In this document: one piece after another, positions 1-13,262 of the stretch
Layout: each line of letters opens with the position of its first letter
How positions within the stretch are numbered: position 1 is the first letter of the stretch
DNA from: Octopus sinensis
Taxonomy: Eukaryota
DNA length: 64,000 nt
Direction: 5' to 3'
Assembly: GCF_006345805.1 (NCBI RefSeq)
Contig: NC_043012.1
Span: forward strand, 53,258,001-53,322,000
Program-made: the position numbers and the translations under genes
Notes under the pieces: generated by a model
Databases searched by the model: none
What the model was told of the DNA's origin: nothing
The model's input: only the letters and a program-made list of their open reading frames with translations

Positions 1-106
1 GGTCGGCTTTGCCTTTCATTCCTTCGGGGTCGATAAATTAAGTACCAGTTACGCACTGGGGTCGATGTAATCGAATTAATCCGTGTGTCTGTCCTTGTTT
101 GTCCCC
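1..106 (+). mobile_element. SINE-A, 3' part
   Basis: Matches the family body cctttcatcctttcggggtcgataaattaagtaccagttacgcactggggtcgatgtaatcgac. Confidence 0.85.
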
Positions 107-119
107 ATATACAAATATA

Positions 120-452
120 TGCGTGGTTGTGTGGTAAGAAGTTTGCTTCCCACCCACGTGGATGCAGGTTCAGTCCAACAGTGTGCCAGCTTGAACAAAT
201 GTCCACGAAGCACCCAAAAGTTTGTGAGTGGATTTGGTAGACGGAAATTGAAAGAAGGCCATCGTATATATATATATTATATATATATATATATATATAA
301 ACACCATATATATATATATATATATGTATATATAATATGTGTGTGTGTGGCAAATGAAAGACGGAAGATGGAATAAACGAGAATTGTTTCGATACATCTA
401 GCATCAATCCCTCACCGGTTGGACACTCAAGAACTTGTTCAGGAGAATCCGG

Positions 453-516
<64 letters not shown>

Positions 517-554
517 TATATATATAATATATATATATATATACATATATATAT

Positions 555-599
<45 letters not shown>

Positions 600-775
600 A
601 TATATACATATCAATGTGTGTGACACTGTGTCTTTGTGTTTGTGTTTGTCGCCTACTGCCGATTGACAACCGTAGTGTGTTTACATCCCGTAAAGTAGCG
701 GTTCGGCAAAAGAGACCGATATAATAAGTATCAGGTTTAACAAAAAAATAAGTACTGGGATTGATTCATTTGATA
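120..775 (+). mobile_element. SINE-B split at its expanded internal microsatellite. A 5' half copy also lies at 62759-62893
   Basis: 5' half at about 120-265 and 3' half at about 620-775. Confidence 0.75.
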
Positions 776-1623
776 TAAAAGATAAAAGAGATATATATAA
801 CTATATGTACACACACACATACATGTATGTAGTATGTATGTATGTATGTATGAACGAAAATAAGGATAGAAAATTGTTTTCCAAAACTTAATTTCACACC
901 AAGAATGGTGGAATCGCAATTTACGGAAACGTTTTCGTATTGAAAGAAAAAATCTCTACTGAAAAATACATTGTAGGTTTTAAGCTTGTAAGCAAAAAAG
1001 TTTCACAGGGAAATTGAAAATCAGATTTAACCCACCTGCAGCGACAGAAGCAGTATTACTATGCCTCCTATTTGAGACAGTTACAGCTTTGGGAACCTAA
1101 CTAATTGCGGTATTCGTCATGAAATAGTATCTCTTATAAACGTACAATGATAGAAAACGCAAAAATATATCAGTGGCAGACGAAAATTATGCAGCAGCCG
1201 CGGTGGCTTTGCTAAATGCGCATTTCTGCCTTTTTCTATAGTGTCGGTAGAAAGTAAATGCCTTCACTGGTATAGTGAAACAGTGATTGAAAATCACTGA
1301 TATCATAATTTTCCATCAGGCTGCATAAAATTTGTTACGCACGATAGAAACAGTATTAGTTTGAAACAGCAATCTTTGTATCATACAAAGTGCATGCATC
1401 ATTGAAAGCCTATGAATTTGCCAGCAGACAAATCCTATTGACAATATTGACAATATCCAAAGAGGCAGAAATTCCTATTTAACAACAGCACCACAGATTC
1501 GAGACGATTTATCGTCTGCCATAAAATTGTACGACTATAAGTGATTCTATCACAAGACGTATTCTGTAGTGAATAAGATTCCAACGATGTATCTGATGTA
1601 CGTAAAATATACAGATTGATATA

Positions 1624-2895
1624 TTTGGTCATTCCATAAATGATACGGTTTTTTCAATTGCATGAACTAAAAGCCGGAGGGGGACGGGGTAAACTACCTG
1701 CATCAACTTGCTATAAAAGCATGTCGTAATCTTACCTTCTACTTATTCGTAGTGCAAATTTTGAAGTGTGCAGTTCGATTTTAACAGTTATTTTTCAAAG
1801 CTATAATGTAAATGGCAAAGGTTCATATTCATCATATTTTGCTTTATGAGTTCAATAAAGGCAACAACGCAACAGAAAGTGCGAGGAATATTAATGCAGT
1901 ACATGGTGATCGGACAATAAGCGTAAGCCAGTGTCAACGGTGGTTCCAGAAATTCTGAGCCGGAAACTACAGCCTCGAAGACGAGCCTCGTCATGGAATA
2001 TCTGTATAGATTGACAAAGACGTCTTGCAAACTCTGGTGGAACAAAATCCCATTGTAATTGTCAAGGAACTAACAGAGAAGCTTGGATTTGGTCATTAAC
2101 CATTCATCGATACCTGCGTGCTATCGGAAAAGCCAGAAAATTGGGTCAATGTGTTCCTAACAAACTTTCCGTGTCTAATCTTGCGCAGAGAATGAATGTG
2201 TGCTCTTCTTTGCTGTCACGTCTTTTTCGGACCGAATAGTGACTTGTGATGAGAAATGGGTTCTCTGTAAAAATGTTAAGTACCGAAGTCAGTGGACAGG
2301 GAAAGGAGAAACACCGGTAGCTGAAGCTAAAGAAGGTCTTCACCCACGTAAGGTGTTGTTATCTGTTTGGTGGGATACGAAAGGTTTAATCCACTTTAAA
2401 CTTTTAAACTCAAACCAAAGAAAAACAAGGGAGATCTACTGCGAGTAGCTTGAGCGGGTAAGTCAGCGCTAGAAGAAAAATGACTATCTTTTTCCTTTCA
2501 AGACGAAATGTATTCTTCCATCAGGATAATGCTCGGCCACATACAGCGAAAATGAAATTCCAAAGGCTGGAGTAGTTTGAATGGGAAACGATGCCCCACC
2601 CACCATATTCCCGGACATTACCCCATCTGATTATCATTTATTCCGTAGTTTTCCAAATCATTTGTACGGAAAAAAAGATGAGTTCTGTAGACGATGTCCG
2701 AGCAGTACTGGAGGAGTATTTTTCGTCAAGGACACATGAATTTTGGAAGAGGGGCCTTGAAAGTCTACCAGATAGATAGAAGAGCATTGTAGAAAATGAA
2801 GGAGAGCATATTTTAAGTTAAAAAAAAGAACTTGTTTATCTTAATTTTGAACAGTAAAAAAAGTATAAAAAAACATTATTTATAGGATAACCCAA
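1624..2895 (+). mobile_element. Full-length decayed mariner (D,D34D) transposon, 1272 bp
   Basis: TA-flanked degenerate TIRs (tttggtcattccataaat / atttataggataacccaa). Transposase remnants from ATG 1812: RIVTCDEKW, GLHPRKVLLSVWWD, HQDNARPH, HPPYS. Several stops and frameshifts. Confidence 0.92.
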
Positions 2896-3866
2896 TATAT
2901 TAAAGATAACTATCAGCTGCATCTAGCAGTTTATATAAAATTATCTTAGAATGTCTGTATGTGTTTTTCAATAGTAAAATATCTCAGAGAATTACGAAAT
3001 ATAATTAAAATTATTTCTGTTGGTATTCCCTAACGACCAAAATTTCCAATGTTTCCAACAAAGTCCTTCGAGAAATGCATAAAATTTTATTTCGTTTTAC
3101 CCCAAGGACTAAATAAACTTTTCTCATTACTCGAAAATGATCTTTGTCCCTAACGTCAGAAATACTCTTCTCAATGCCATAACAACCTAAGTTATCTTAT
3201 TTTTACACGCATAAATAAAAATTTTCCCAACCATACCACCTGTAATCTCCATTGTCTTTTTTGATTTTTAAAAATAAATTGCTTGATTTTTTTCTTACAT
3301 GTTATGTATACACGGCTATGTTATAAAGTTCTTGTCGCAAAACCATGGTTTCAAGCCCATCCTTGTGTAGAAGAATGCGTCGCGAATGAGTCTGATAAAA
3401 ACAAACTGTGCAGAAGCCCATTGAATATCTGTGTGAACGTTAGTATATGTGTGTACGAGCGTAATTATAAGTGTTTGCCTCTCATCGCTTGAAACAGGTG
3501 TTGGTTCTTACGTTCGCGTGGCCTAGCAATTCAGTAAAAAGAACTGACGGAACAAGTAACAGGCTTAAATCGAATAACTCTTACAGTGCAATGACCCATT
3601 TAAGACGCAGTTCAGTGACAGAAACAAGTGGATTGGTGAGTAAAAGTATGAACTGCGTAGTCACGACGTCACCAAAACAAAACATTTCTCAACGAGATCG
3701 AAATCGTGGTCCTTCAATCGTAAACTTGACTATTCTAAATTCACCTTTTAAGATCCGAAATTATATTAAAACGCACTACTTATACATATATTTCAAATTT
3801 GATTACAAATTTTGACATAAACATAGAAAGTTAATGGGAGGGCTAAGTCGATAGCATTAGAAATTA

Positions 3867-4622
3867 TTGGGTTGTCTGGAAATTTCGTGCCGATTTTTAA
3901 AGAAAAGAAAAAGGCCAATAAATACTTGCCATTACATTTTAATGAACTAAATATAAACCATTTTGTTGCACAATGTGTCTCCATCTTTCCTTTAACTTGA
4001 AAATACGCTCTTCCCAGAATTGAGGTGGTTTCATCAAGTATCTTTTTACGTCATCCAAGGAATTGAAATTTTTACCATTAAGACTATTCTGCAGAGACCT
4101 GAATAAGTGGAAATTCGAAGGAGCAATAATCTGGTGAATATAGAGGGTGGGGTAACACATCCCAGCCGAGCTGCAGCAAGTTTTGTCTGGTTCTCAAAGA
4201 GACGTGTGGTCTTGCATTATCATGTTGGAAAACAAGACCCTTCCTGGATGGGCTGCCTGATCGCTCTTTATCAATAAGGCTACAATCTCCAGCTTGGAAC
4301 CTTGCGAACCACTTCCGTATAGTTCTTTTGGATAAAGAAACATCACCTAAACTGCGCATATTTCTTTGGCTGCTTCTGAGGCATGTTTCCATTTACGGAA
4401 AAGAAAATCATCAAGTGCCGAAAATGAACTTTCTTATCTTCTGTTTTAAAAGGTTACAGATTTAACACAGGTTATAGGAACATAAACCTTCTTCCACGAA
4501 AAGATAGCTTAAACTGTGTTCTAAATGGAGGTGTAGTCAAATCCTATTTTATGGACGTAACTATGTTCTAAAGTCGAAAGGTAAGCTACTATAAATCGGC
4601 ACAAACTTTCCGGACAACCCAG
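3867..4622 (-). mobile_element. Internally deleted mariner, family 2
   Basis: About 30-bp TIRs TTGGGTTGTCCGGAAAGTTCGTGCCGATTT. Reads KWFARFQAGD...KERSGSPS fused to GLVFQHDNARPH...HPLYSPD. Confidence 0.9.
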
Positions 4623-5311
4623 TTTATTCAACCACGTAACGATGAAATCCAAAGTCAATCTCAGCAGAATTTGAACTCAGAACGCAGAGATGAACTAAAT
4701 ATCACACAGCATTTTGCCTGCCTTAATACTATTAATATATATTGTTATTAGTGTATATAATACATGGATGCAGACAGAGTGAAATGGTTAAGAAAATCGC
4801 TTAGGGACCCCACCGACTGATAACCGCATTTACAAAATTCTCGTGTCGACCCAAAGCTTTTGAATGGATGCGGATCGATGAAACATTATAGACAGTACCT
4901 GTGATCCAAAAGTTTTTGCCTTGACAGGCTTGTGCCATTTTGATTCTACCCGAAAATTACGTTTAAAATTCCATTGTCTGCAGCATATTCAAACACTTTT
5001 ACATTAATTTAATGAACAGATTGTCCAAATGATCGATCAACATATCGCTTATACATCGATATCGATCGGCAAATCAATCGCCATTGTGTATCCGCTGATT
5101 TATTGATCAGGCTATGTCATCATCAACGTGTTTGTTGACTGATTGACTGGTAGGAAATTCATAAAAGAGAAACCAGTGTCGAATATAATACGCTTGGCAC
5201 ATTTTTTTTGTTTTTTTTGTTTGTTTTTTTTTTGCATTTAAAATTGTGTTTGATGGACTAAAATAATTCTAGTTTTCTTGTTTTGCTATTTCTTTGCAGT
5301 TGTGTTTCTTA

Positions 5312-5720
5312 ATTCTTTACTGCCCACAAGGGGCTAAACACAGAGGGGACAAACAAGGACAGACAAAGGGATTAAGTCGATTATATCGACCCCAGTGCGT
5401 AACTGGTACTTATTTCATCGACCCCGAAAGGATGAAAGGTAAAGTCGATCTCGGCGGAATTTGAACTCAGAACGTATCGGCAGACGAAATACCTATTTCT
5501 TTACTGCCCACAAGGGGCTAAACACAGAAAGGACAAACAAGGACAGACAAACGGATTAATTCGATTATATCGACCCCAGTGCGTAACTGGTACTTATTTA
5601 ATCGTCCCCGAAAGGATGAAAGGCAAAGTTGACCTCGGTGGTATTTGAACTCAGAACGTAGCCGCAGACGAAATATCGCTAAGCATTTCGCCCGGCGTGC
5701 TAACGTTTCTGCCAGCTTGC
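5312..5720 (-). mobile_element. SINE-A head+body+body dimer
   Basis: A-box-like tggcagaaacgttagc and B-box gagttcaaat. Second body starts at junction 5493/5494. Confidence 0.9.
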
Positions 5721-5863
5721 AGTTGTGGTTCTGTAGTCGTGAAAATACCCTCAAATCCTATCCTACTCTACCTGTCTCAGACGACAGCACATCGGATAAT
5801 GCGGTGCTGAGTGCTGGGTCATAGTTGATCATCCCCTCTATTTGGGCTGATTCTAAACAGCAT

Positions 5864-5909
<46 letters not shown>

Positions 5910-6628
5910 AAAAGAGTTGTAGCAGCCGCAGTAATACCACAACCAGCCCTACAACATTTACGAGTACAATTGTCAGCGCCACTATCACACCACCAACGCC
6001 ACCACAACCACTAAAAGTACTAACCATCACTGTCAGTAGCACCATCATCAGCACAACCATCTCTACCACTACCAACACCTTCATCACCACCACTATTCCC
6101 ATAACCATTCTCACCGTCGCCACCATCTACTAATACCATCACAAATAGCATAAACACTACCACATTGACCTACATAAACACATCATAACCGTAATTCCTT
6201 ATTACCGCATTCCTTTTATCTTCATCACTACCACTATCATCACCATCATCACGGGCCCCACTACCACGATCATAATCATCACCACCATCACCACCACCGC
6301 CATCTGTTGTTGTTGTTGTTGTTGTTGCTTAACGCTCGATCTCGTATCTCTGAGCAGATCGATCATCAAAAGCGTTAGTCATTTTCTAATGCATTGTGTA
6401 TCAAAGAGTACAATATTCAATGTATCGCTTTCTCATTCCAAGATAACAGGGTATAATTTGAAAGTGATTTAACTGTTATTTCTGATACGTTGAGCAACCA
6501 TCTGGAGATGCTCCCTCATTTTGAGAAATAGCAGAGAAAACGAGGGCTTTAACAATAACACTGGGCATCACATTTCATGGAACGGATGAATCCTGCTAAA
6601 TCGACTCCAGTATAGTATAAGAAGTGTA

Positions 6629-6925
6629 GGCACATGGCCTAGTGGTTAGAGCAGCGGACTCGCGGTCGAGGGATCGCGGGTTCGAATCTCAGACCGGGCG
6701 ATGTGTGTGTTTATGAGCGAAACACCTAAGCTCCACGCGGCTCCGGCAGAAGGTAATGGCAAGCTTCTCCTGACTCTTTCGCCACAGCTTTCTCTCACTC
6801 TTTCCTCCTGCATCATGCAGCTCACCTGCGACGGACCGGCGTCCCGTCCAGGTGGGGAACCTATACGCAAAGGAAACCGGGAAACCGGCCCCATGAGCCA
6901 AGTGTGGCTCGAGAAGGAACAAACA
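6629..6925 (+). mobile_element. SINE-C, tRNA-derived
   Basis: A-box tggcctagtggttagagc and B-box gggttcgaatc. About 12-bp TSD tagtataagaag / tagtattagaag. Confidence 0.9.
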
Positions 6926-7258
6926 TAGTATTAGAAGGATGAATGATGAAGTTGAGATCGGTGAGATTTGAACTCGGGTAAATAAATGATAAAAGTGATA
7001 AACATTTCGTTCGGCACTCAACCTATTCTGCTAATCCACCATGATGATAGCACTGTGTAACAACATTTTATTTTATTATCTTTTTTTGTCTTTGGTCAGT
7101 AACTGTTGTTATTTCCCAGTGTTATTTCAAAGGAAATGAGTAGTATTCTCTTTAAAAAATTGCTTCTGTGACCTAGACATCAACGTTTTGGAGCTAAACT
7201 ACTTTCCATTACATTACAAGCATTCTGCGCTGAGTTGCTGAAGCAGAAATATCATTAT

Positions 7259-7482
7259 TACTCTTTTACTGTTTTACTTGTTTCAGTCATTTGACTGTGG
7301 CCATGCTGGAGCACCGCCTTTAGTCGAGTAAATCGACCCCAGGACTTAGTCTTTGTAAGCCTAGTACTTATTCTATCGGTCTCTTTTGCCGAACCGCTAG
7401 ATTGCGCGGATGTAAATACACCAGGATCGGTTGGCAAGCGATGCTGGAGAGACAAAAACAGACACACAAACACACACACACA

Positions 7483-7513
<31 letters not shown>

Positions 7514-7672
7514 AATATATATATATATATACATATATGCAAAGGGCTTCTTTCAGTTTCCGTCTACCAAATCCACTCACAAGGCTCTGGTCGGCCCAAG
7601 GCTAAAGTAGAAGACACTTGGCCAAGGTGCCACGCAGTGGGACTGAAACCGGAAGCATGTGGTTGGTAAGCA
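7259..7672 (-). mobile_element. SINE-B
   Basis: Colinear with 37118-37535. Confidence 0.88.
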
Positions 7673-9183
7673 AATATTCTGCTCAAAATTTGCTTGTCGC
7701 TTGATCTCAACCACCAAAGTATTTTCCTAAGTGGCTGACAGTATGTGCATCTCTGATCATGAGCAAGGGTAGTGAGGCAATATTATAGCCATCTTCGGAG
7801 CGGGATTCTTTGAAGTTTGAATAAATGTAGCAAAAGCAAAGTCTGAAGGAAACATTATCCATTTTTCATACTTTCTAGGGGTAAGCAATTAGGAAATAAC
7901 AGTTGCTACCCAAAGACAAAAATCACATTACACAGTGTAAGCACTTCCTTTTTCCCCTCCAACATCCACCATGTCCAAACCAACAACGAGAGCAGTTATC
8001 TTCATTCTGAACTACCAGATACAGCTTCCTTAGTTTTACCCCTCTTTATTCTATTAACCCTATTTCACACCACAGCTAAAGATATTTAGTAGTTAACCAA
8101 AAAATCTAGGTTTTGTTGGTTTAACTCTCTGAAGTAGGTTGTTATTAAATTTTAAATGTTAAACTACTTGATGTCGGAATAACATTATCTAACAGTTGGG
8201 TAATATACACTGTTTAGAAAGAAACCAACGACGTTAAAATTACTTTACGTTTAACCTCCCATTTCCTTTATTTTTCTGTCCTCAATTTTATTTCATTGCC
8301 GGTTTTTGACCTCTTCATTTTCAGTGATTTTTTTCCCTTCATTTAAGTATTCTTATTCCCGCTTTAGTTTTGTTTTTTGATGAAACTATTTAGTTCCTTT
8401 GTATTTTTTTATAATTTTTTTTTCGAATGAAAATAACATTTGTTTCTAACTACATCAGCAATTTGACAGAAAGTCTCCATCTATCACACTGAGGTTATTT
8501 AACAATGAAAGAATGGGAATAAAAGTCAGCTAAAATAAATATATACGGCTGCACTTTGAATTGAAATATAAATAGTTGTAAATTATCTTAAGATAAGGAT
8601 CTCAAACAATATACGTATGTAGGATTATAAAGTTTTTGCTACTGTTTTATCAGAGCTGAGAAATACCACGGTACCATAAATGTAATCTATTTTCCCATTA
8701 ACCATTTTTGATACCATTCCGCCTGAGACCACCCTAGTTCTTATAATTCCAGCTTCTTGATTTAAAGAGATCTATATTAAAACCTTCAATCAAAATTTTA
8801 TGAACGTTTAAGTTCCAAGCACCAGCATAAAAGCAGAAAAAAATGTATTATAATAAATTTTCCATTACTTTCAAAATAAACTGAAACAAAGTCGATGTGG
8901 AAGATGTATCTTCCTCTGTCAAGAAATCGAGTATATTTTAGGGTGAAGCTCCACGCGAACATACATGTATATATGTATGTATGTATAATATACATACATG
9001 TATGTTATGTATGTATATATATATATATATGCATTATATATATATATATATTATATATGCATATATATATATATACATACAGTATGTATGTATGTATATA
9101 TATATATATATGCATATATATATATATATATTTATATATGCATATATATATATATATACATACATGTATGTATGTATGTATGT

Positions 9184-9258
<75 letters not shown>

Positions 9259-9352
9259 AGTATGTATGTATATAAATATGTGTATATATATATATGTATA
9301 TAAGTATGTATGTATGTATATAAATATATATATATATATATATATAATATAC

Positions 9353-9553
9353 AACGTTAGCACGCTGGGCGAAATTCGTAGCAGTATTTCGTCTGTCGTT
9401 ACGTTCCGAGTTCAAATTCCGCCGAGGTCGACTTTGCCTTTCATCCTTTCGGGGTCGATAAATTAAGTACCAGTTACGCACTGGGGTCGATGTAATCGAC
9501 TTAATCCCTTTGTCTGTCCTTGTTTGTCCCCTCTATGTTTAGCCCCTTGTGGG
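9353..9553 (+). mobile_element. SINE-A
   Basis: Near-complete copy, 3' tip truncated by the tandem duplication. Confidence 0.9.
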
Positions 9554-9565
9554 GCTAGCACTATA

Positions 9566-10781
9566 TGAGCAAGCACTATATGAGAGAGGTTTTCTTTAAG
9601 TGTTAGAAATAGTTTTTTTAGCTGCTATTTCTAACGAGTTCAGTATGCGGCAAAGTAATTTATTTTACTAAGCCCTTTTATATAATTTAATAATTTGAAT
9701 TTGCCTTAAATGGTCCCTTTGCATACTGAATACTTGGTGAAATTGATTAATTAATTAATTAATTTTACCCTCAATTGTTGAAATTATAATTCATCTCTCT
9801 CTACTTAATTGTCTTGGATTTTACCGAAAAAAAGGATAGTGTTTGCTGATTTTAACCCACGCTGGTGGAAAGGGGAGAACAGAAATTTTTCTCTTGCATA
9901 TTTGAGTTAGCTAGCACTGTTAGTTGGGAACAGATCTTCAGAAGCGATAACAAGCCGAAAGGGTATGCTCCCATTTTCAGTGTTTTCAAACTCAAACAAG
10001 GGCATTCTGAGCTGATGAGAGAAGGGTCGAACTTGGCTAATCTTGAAACGTACGTACTCAAATAACCTTTGCATTTGATTTTTTAATGTCTCTACCTCAT
10101 ACTTTCTTGGGTTGAATTGAGCAAGCACTATATGAGAGAGGTTTTCTTTAAGTGTTAGAAATAGTTTTTTTAGCTGCTATTTCTAACGAGTTCAGTATGC
10201 GGCAAAGTAATTTATTTTACTAAGCCCTTTTATATAATGTAATAATTTGAATTTGCCTTAAATGGTCCCTTTGCATACTGAATACTTGGTGAAATTGATT
10301 AATTAATTATTAATTTTACCCTCAATGTTGAAATTATAATTCATCTCTCTCTACTTAATTGTCTTGGATTTTACCGAAAAAAAGGATAGTGTTTGCTGAT
10401 TTTAACCCACGCTGGTGGAAAGGGGAGAACAGAAATTTTTCTCTTGCATATTTGAGTTAGCTAGCACTGTTAGTTGGGAACAGATCTTCAGAAGCGATAA
10501 CAAGCCGAAAGGGTATGCTCCCATTTTCAGTGTTTTCAAACTCAAACAAGGGCATTCTGAGCTGATGAGAGAAGGGTCGAACTTGGCTAATCTTGAAACG
10601 TACGTACTCAAATAACCTTTGCATTTGATTTTTTAATGTCTCTACCCTCATACTTTCTTGGGTTGAATTGAGCAAGCACTATATGAGAGAGGTTTTCTTT
10701 AAGTGTTAGAAATAGTTTTTTTAGCTGCTATTTCTAACGAGTTCAGTATGCGGCAAAGTAATTTATTTTACTAAGCCCTTT

Positions 10782-10788
<7 letters not shown>
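9566..10788. repeat. Tandem duplication, about 551-bp unit, 2.2 copies
   Basis: Unit starts tgagcaagcactatatgagagagg at 9566, 10118 and 10669. The ORF track repeats with the same period. Confidence 0.95.
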
Positions 10789-10830
<42 letters not shown>

Positions 10831-11205
10831 TACATGTATGTATTCATTGAGTTAGAGATGTAAAGTGGTGAATAAGGATTATTCAAAAAGAAAGAAGTCA
10901 CATCATCTGGTGTTGAATGAACTTTTTTATAAACAATGCACCTAACAAATACAAAGGTCATGGTAACAAAAACAATGAGAACATATAGCTTCTGGCTATG
11001 TTAGTTTCTAGCTAACTGTTGATAGCTTATGCTAGCAAAAGGAAAAGTCTGGATAATTTCTGATGTGTTAAACAAAGATTTCAAACATGTCTTCTGCCAG
11101 GCTATAGGTTGGCAAACGCTGATACGTGATATAATATTTCAGAAAAAAACTTTGTATTCAAATCATGTTAAGATACCCGTTATAAGGTTATTTAAAGGAG
11201 AGACT

Positions 11206-11620
11206 TCGGTTTGAACGGCAGTTTTTTAAAATAATTTCCACGTAACTAAACACTTTTAAACTTCGTATACTGGTAGAATGTGTTTATAAAACATCTTTTT
11301 TTCTTGGCTTTATTGAGAAAATTCTATAGTTTGTAAGATATTTGTTGTTTTTTCTCTTCAATTTCTGCAATTTCAACCAATCAATGACGTCTATTGAGGT
11401 GAAAACATTCTGTGCCTTATGAAAATGTCCCTCGTTTAAGAAACAGATTGGGTTTATTTACATTTGTGAAGAAAAAAAAGATACCCTTCCCCCACCCCTA
11501 ACCCTAACCCTAACCCTAAAATAGATTGAAATGCAATAGATCGATACTAGGGTCATAATTATGGGTGACAATTTCATATGACACCGCTAGAAAAATCTGC
11601 CGTTCAAACCGAAAAGATCC
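11206..11620 (+). mobile_element. MITE with GGATC termini and internal (CCCTAA)n, copy 1 (left tip deleted)
   Basis: Homologous to the other copies. Right TIR ctgccgttcaaaccgaaaagatcc. Confidence 0.88.
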
Positions 11621-13213
11621 GAGACTAGTGTGAAATTATTACTAACAGGTCTATCACCTAAAGTTGGATTTCCTTTTAATTTTCTTCAATTACCTTCCTA
11701 TTTTTCTTACATAATAAAATGCCTTGATAACATACGTATTTTCGTGCACATTCATAAGAAGTGGTTATGAAAGTGATGGTGTATAGCCAATTACAAGCTA
11801 GAACGGAGTCTTATTTTAAATAAGAACGAAGCGATCAATAAACTGAAGTTGGATTTCATTGTAGTATTTTCTTTTATTCTTTTTTTTTCTTTATAAAGAA
11901 AAAGAGCATCGTACAACAAGATTTTCATCAGTTACAAAGAGAATTAATGAAGGTGAAGGAATATAGCTTAGGAGCGGTTCTTATATTATATTAACCTGAG
12001 AAGAATGAAAGAAGAAAGAAGGCTTCGTGCGTAGGATTTCGATTTGGAAAGAAAAGGGATACAGCTACCTACTGTAGATATTTACAGCTTTATATTTCGT
12101 TAAGAGTTCTCCGACCTCGAAAATGCACCCCTTAAAGAAGTGAAAATTTTGAAACTATGATTAACGTAAACAAAAATGTCTCAAATTTATCATATAGTTT
12201 ACAAAAATACCTTGTCAGTGGTGCAATTACATATAGATCCCTTGATCATTTTTAGCTGTGTTTCTCAACCACGTTTTGCCTATGGAGCCCTTTGATTTCT
12301 ATTTTATTCAGAGGGAGATCCCTCATAGCCGTTTGATGTCTAAAAACTCTATATTTTTATGATTAAATATTATTAGGAGTTTTATGAAAGATTGTTAAAG
12401 TATTTCGTATGCTGTAGAAATATAACCATTTTATTGCACATAAATTTTAACAGCAAAATCTGATATGGACCTCGAAGGGCCATATGGAACTCGGTTGAGA
12501 ACCACTGACTTATAACCTGCATTTGTTGTTTGTTTTATTTCAGTTACTGGACTACGAGATGGAGAAAAGCTGTCTTAACCGGTTTAGTCAAATAACATTG
12601 ACTCTAGTACTTCTCCTTTTAAGAATGGTAACTATTCTATCCTTTTCTTTTGCCGAATCGCAATGTTGCGGAGGCGGAAACAATATTGCTGGAAAAAAAA
12701 ACTAATATTTCTCAAAACAAAAATTGTAATAGTTTAATGCAGAAGATGAGTGCAGAAGAACTCAGAAATTCTTGAAGTACTTATTTTTTTACTTTAATAT
12801 AAATTACAGTACAGTTGTGTTAGTTTTATTCTGGTAAGCCTTAATCAAGAAAACCTTTAATCAAAGTTGACCATCCCGCTATTCCCTCAGTTATTGTCTA
12901 TTTAAAGCACATTATTCAATGCTGCTATTTCAATGCTGCTATTTCTAATATGTCGACGTTCCATCTTTGGCCTGTCAAGTACAGTTTATATAAGTATGTG
13001 ATGAGAATTATTAATGGCTGTGTTGATAGAACGTCAGACTACTGCTGGAAGAACAACAATCCGTATACATTCACGAGTATTGCTCCAAAGATAAAGACAA
13101 AATTGTTTAAAAGTACCGTATTGGAAGAATGAGAACCCTATTCCCCTCTCTCTCACTATCTCTCTCTCACTATCTCTCTCTCACACTACTCTCTCTCACT
13201 ATCCCTCTCTCAC

Positions 13214-13262
<49 letters not shown>

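Noticed and set aside
5758-6300. Thr/Ser-rich mucin-like ORFs
   Set aside because: Degenerate (CAC/CAT/CTA) low-complexity DNA with no convincing splice context.
6629-6700. tRNA-like heads here and at 18920-18989, 34385-34450 and 58530-58590
   Set aside because: A and B boxes run into SINE bodies or are decayed, with no complete cloverleaf, so they are not tRNA genes.
8895-9481. Many 60-260 aa ORFs rich in IY, HT, CV, poly-I, poly-L or poly-Y across the window
   Set aside because: They are translations of (TA)n, (CA)n and (TAA)n microsatellites, which lack stops in some frames.
9852-10065. Duplicated 66-73 aa ORFs, with a faint likeness of LLKICSQLTVLANSNMQEKNFCSPL to a hAT dimerisation motif
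   Set aside because: The repetition only reflects the 551-bp duplication, and the motif match is too weak without a search.
9566-10788. CRISPR-like or prokaryotic systems
   Set aside because: There is no repeat-spacer array or operon-like ORF cluster. The DNA is spliceosomal-intron-containing animal sequence.
11490-11520. (CCCTAA)n as a chromosome-end or fusion relic
   Set aside because: Every run is only 2-4 units and lies at the same position inside the MITE.
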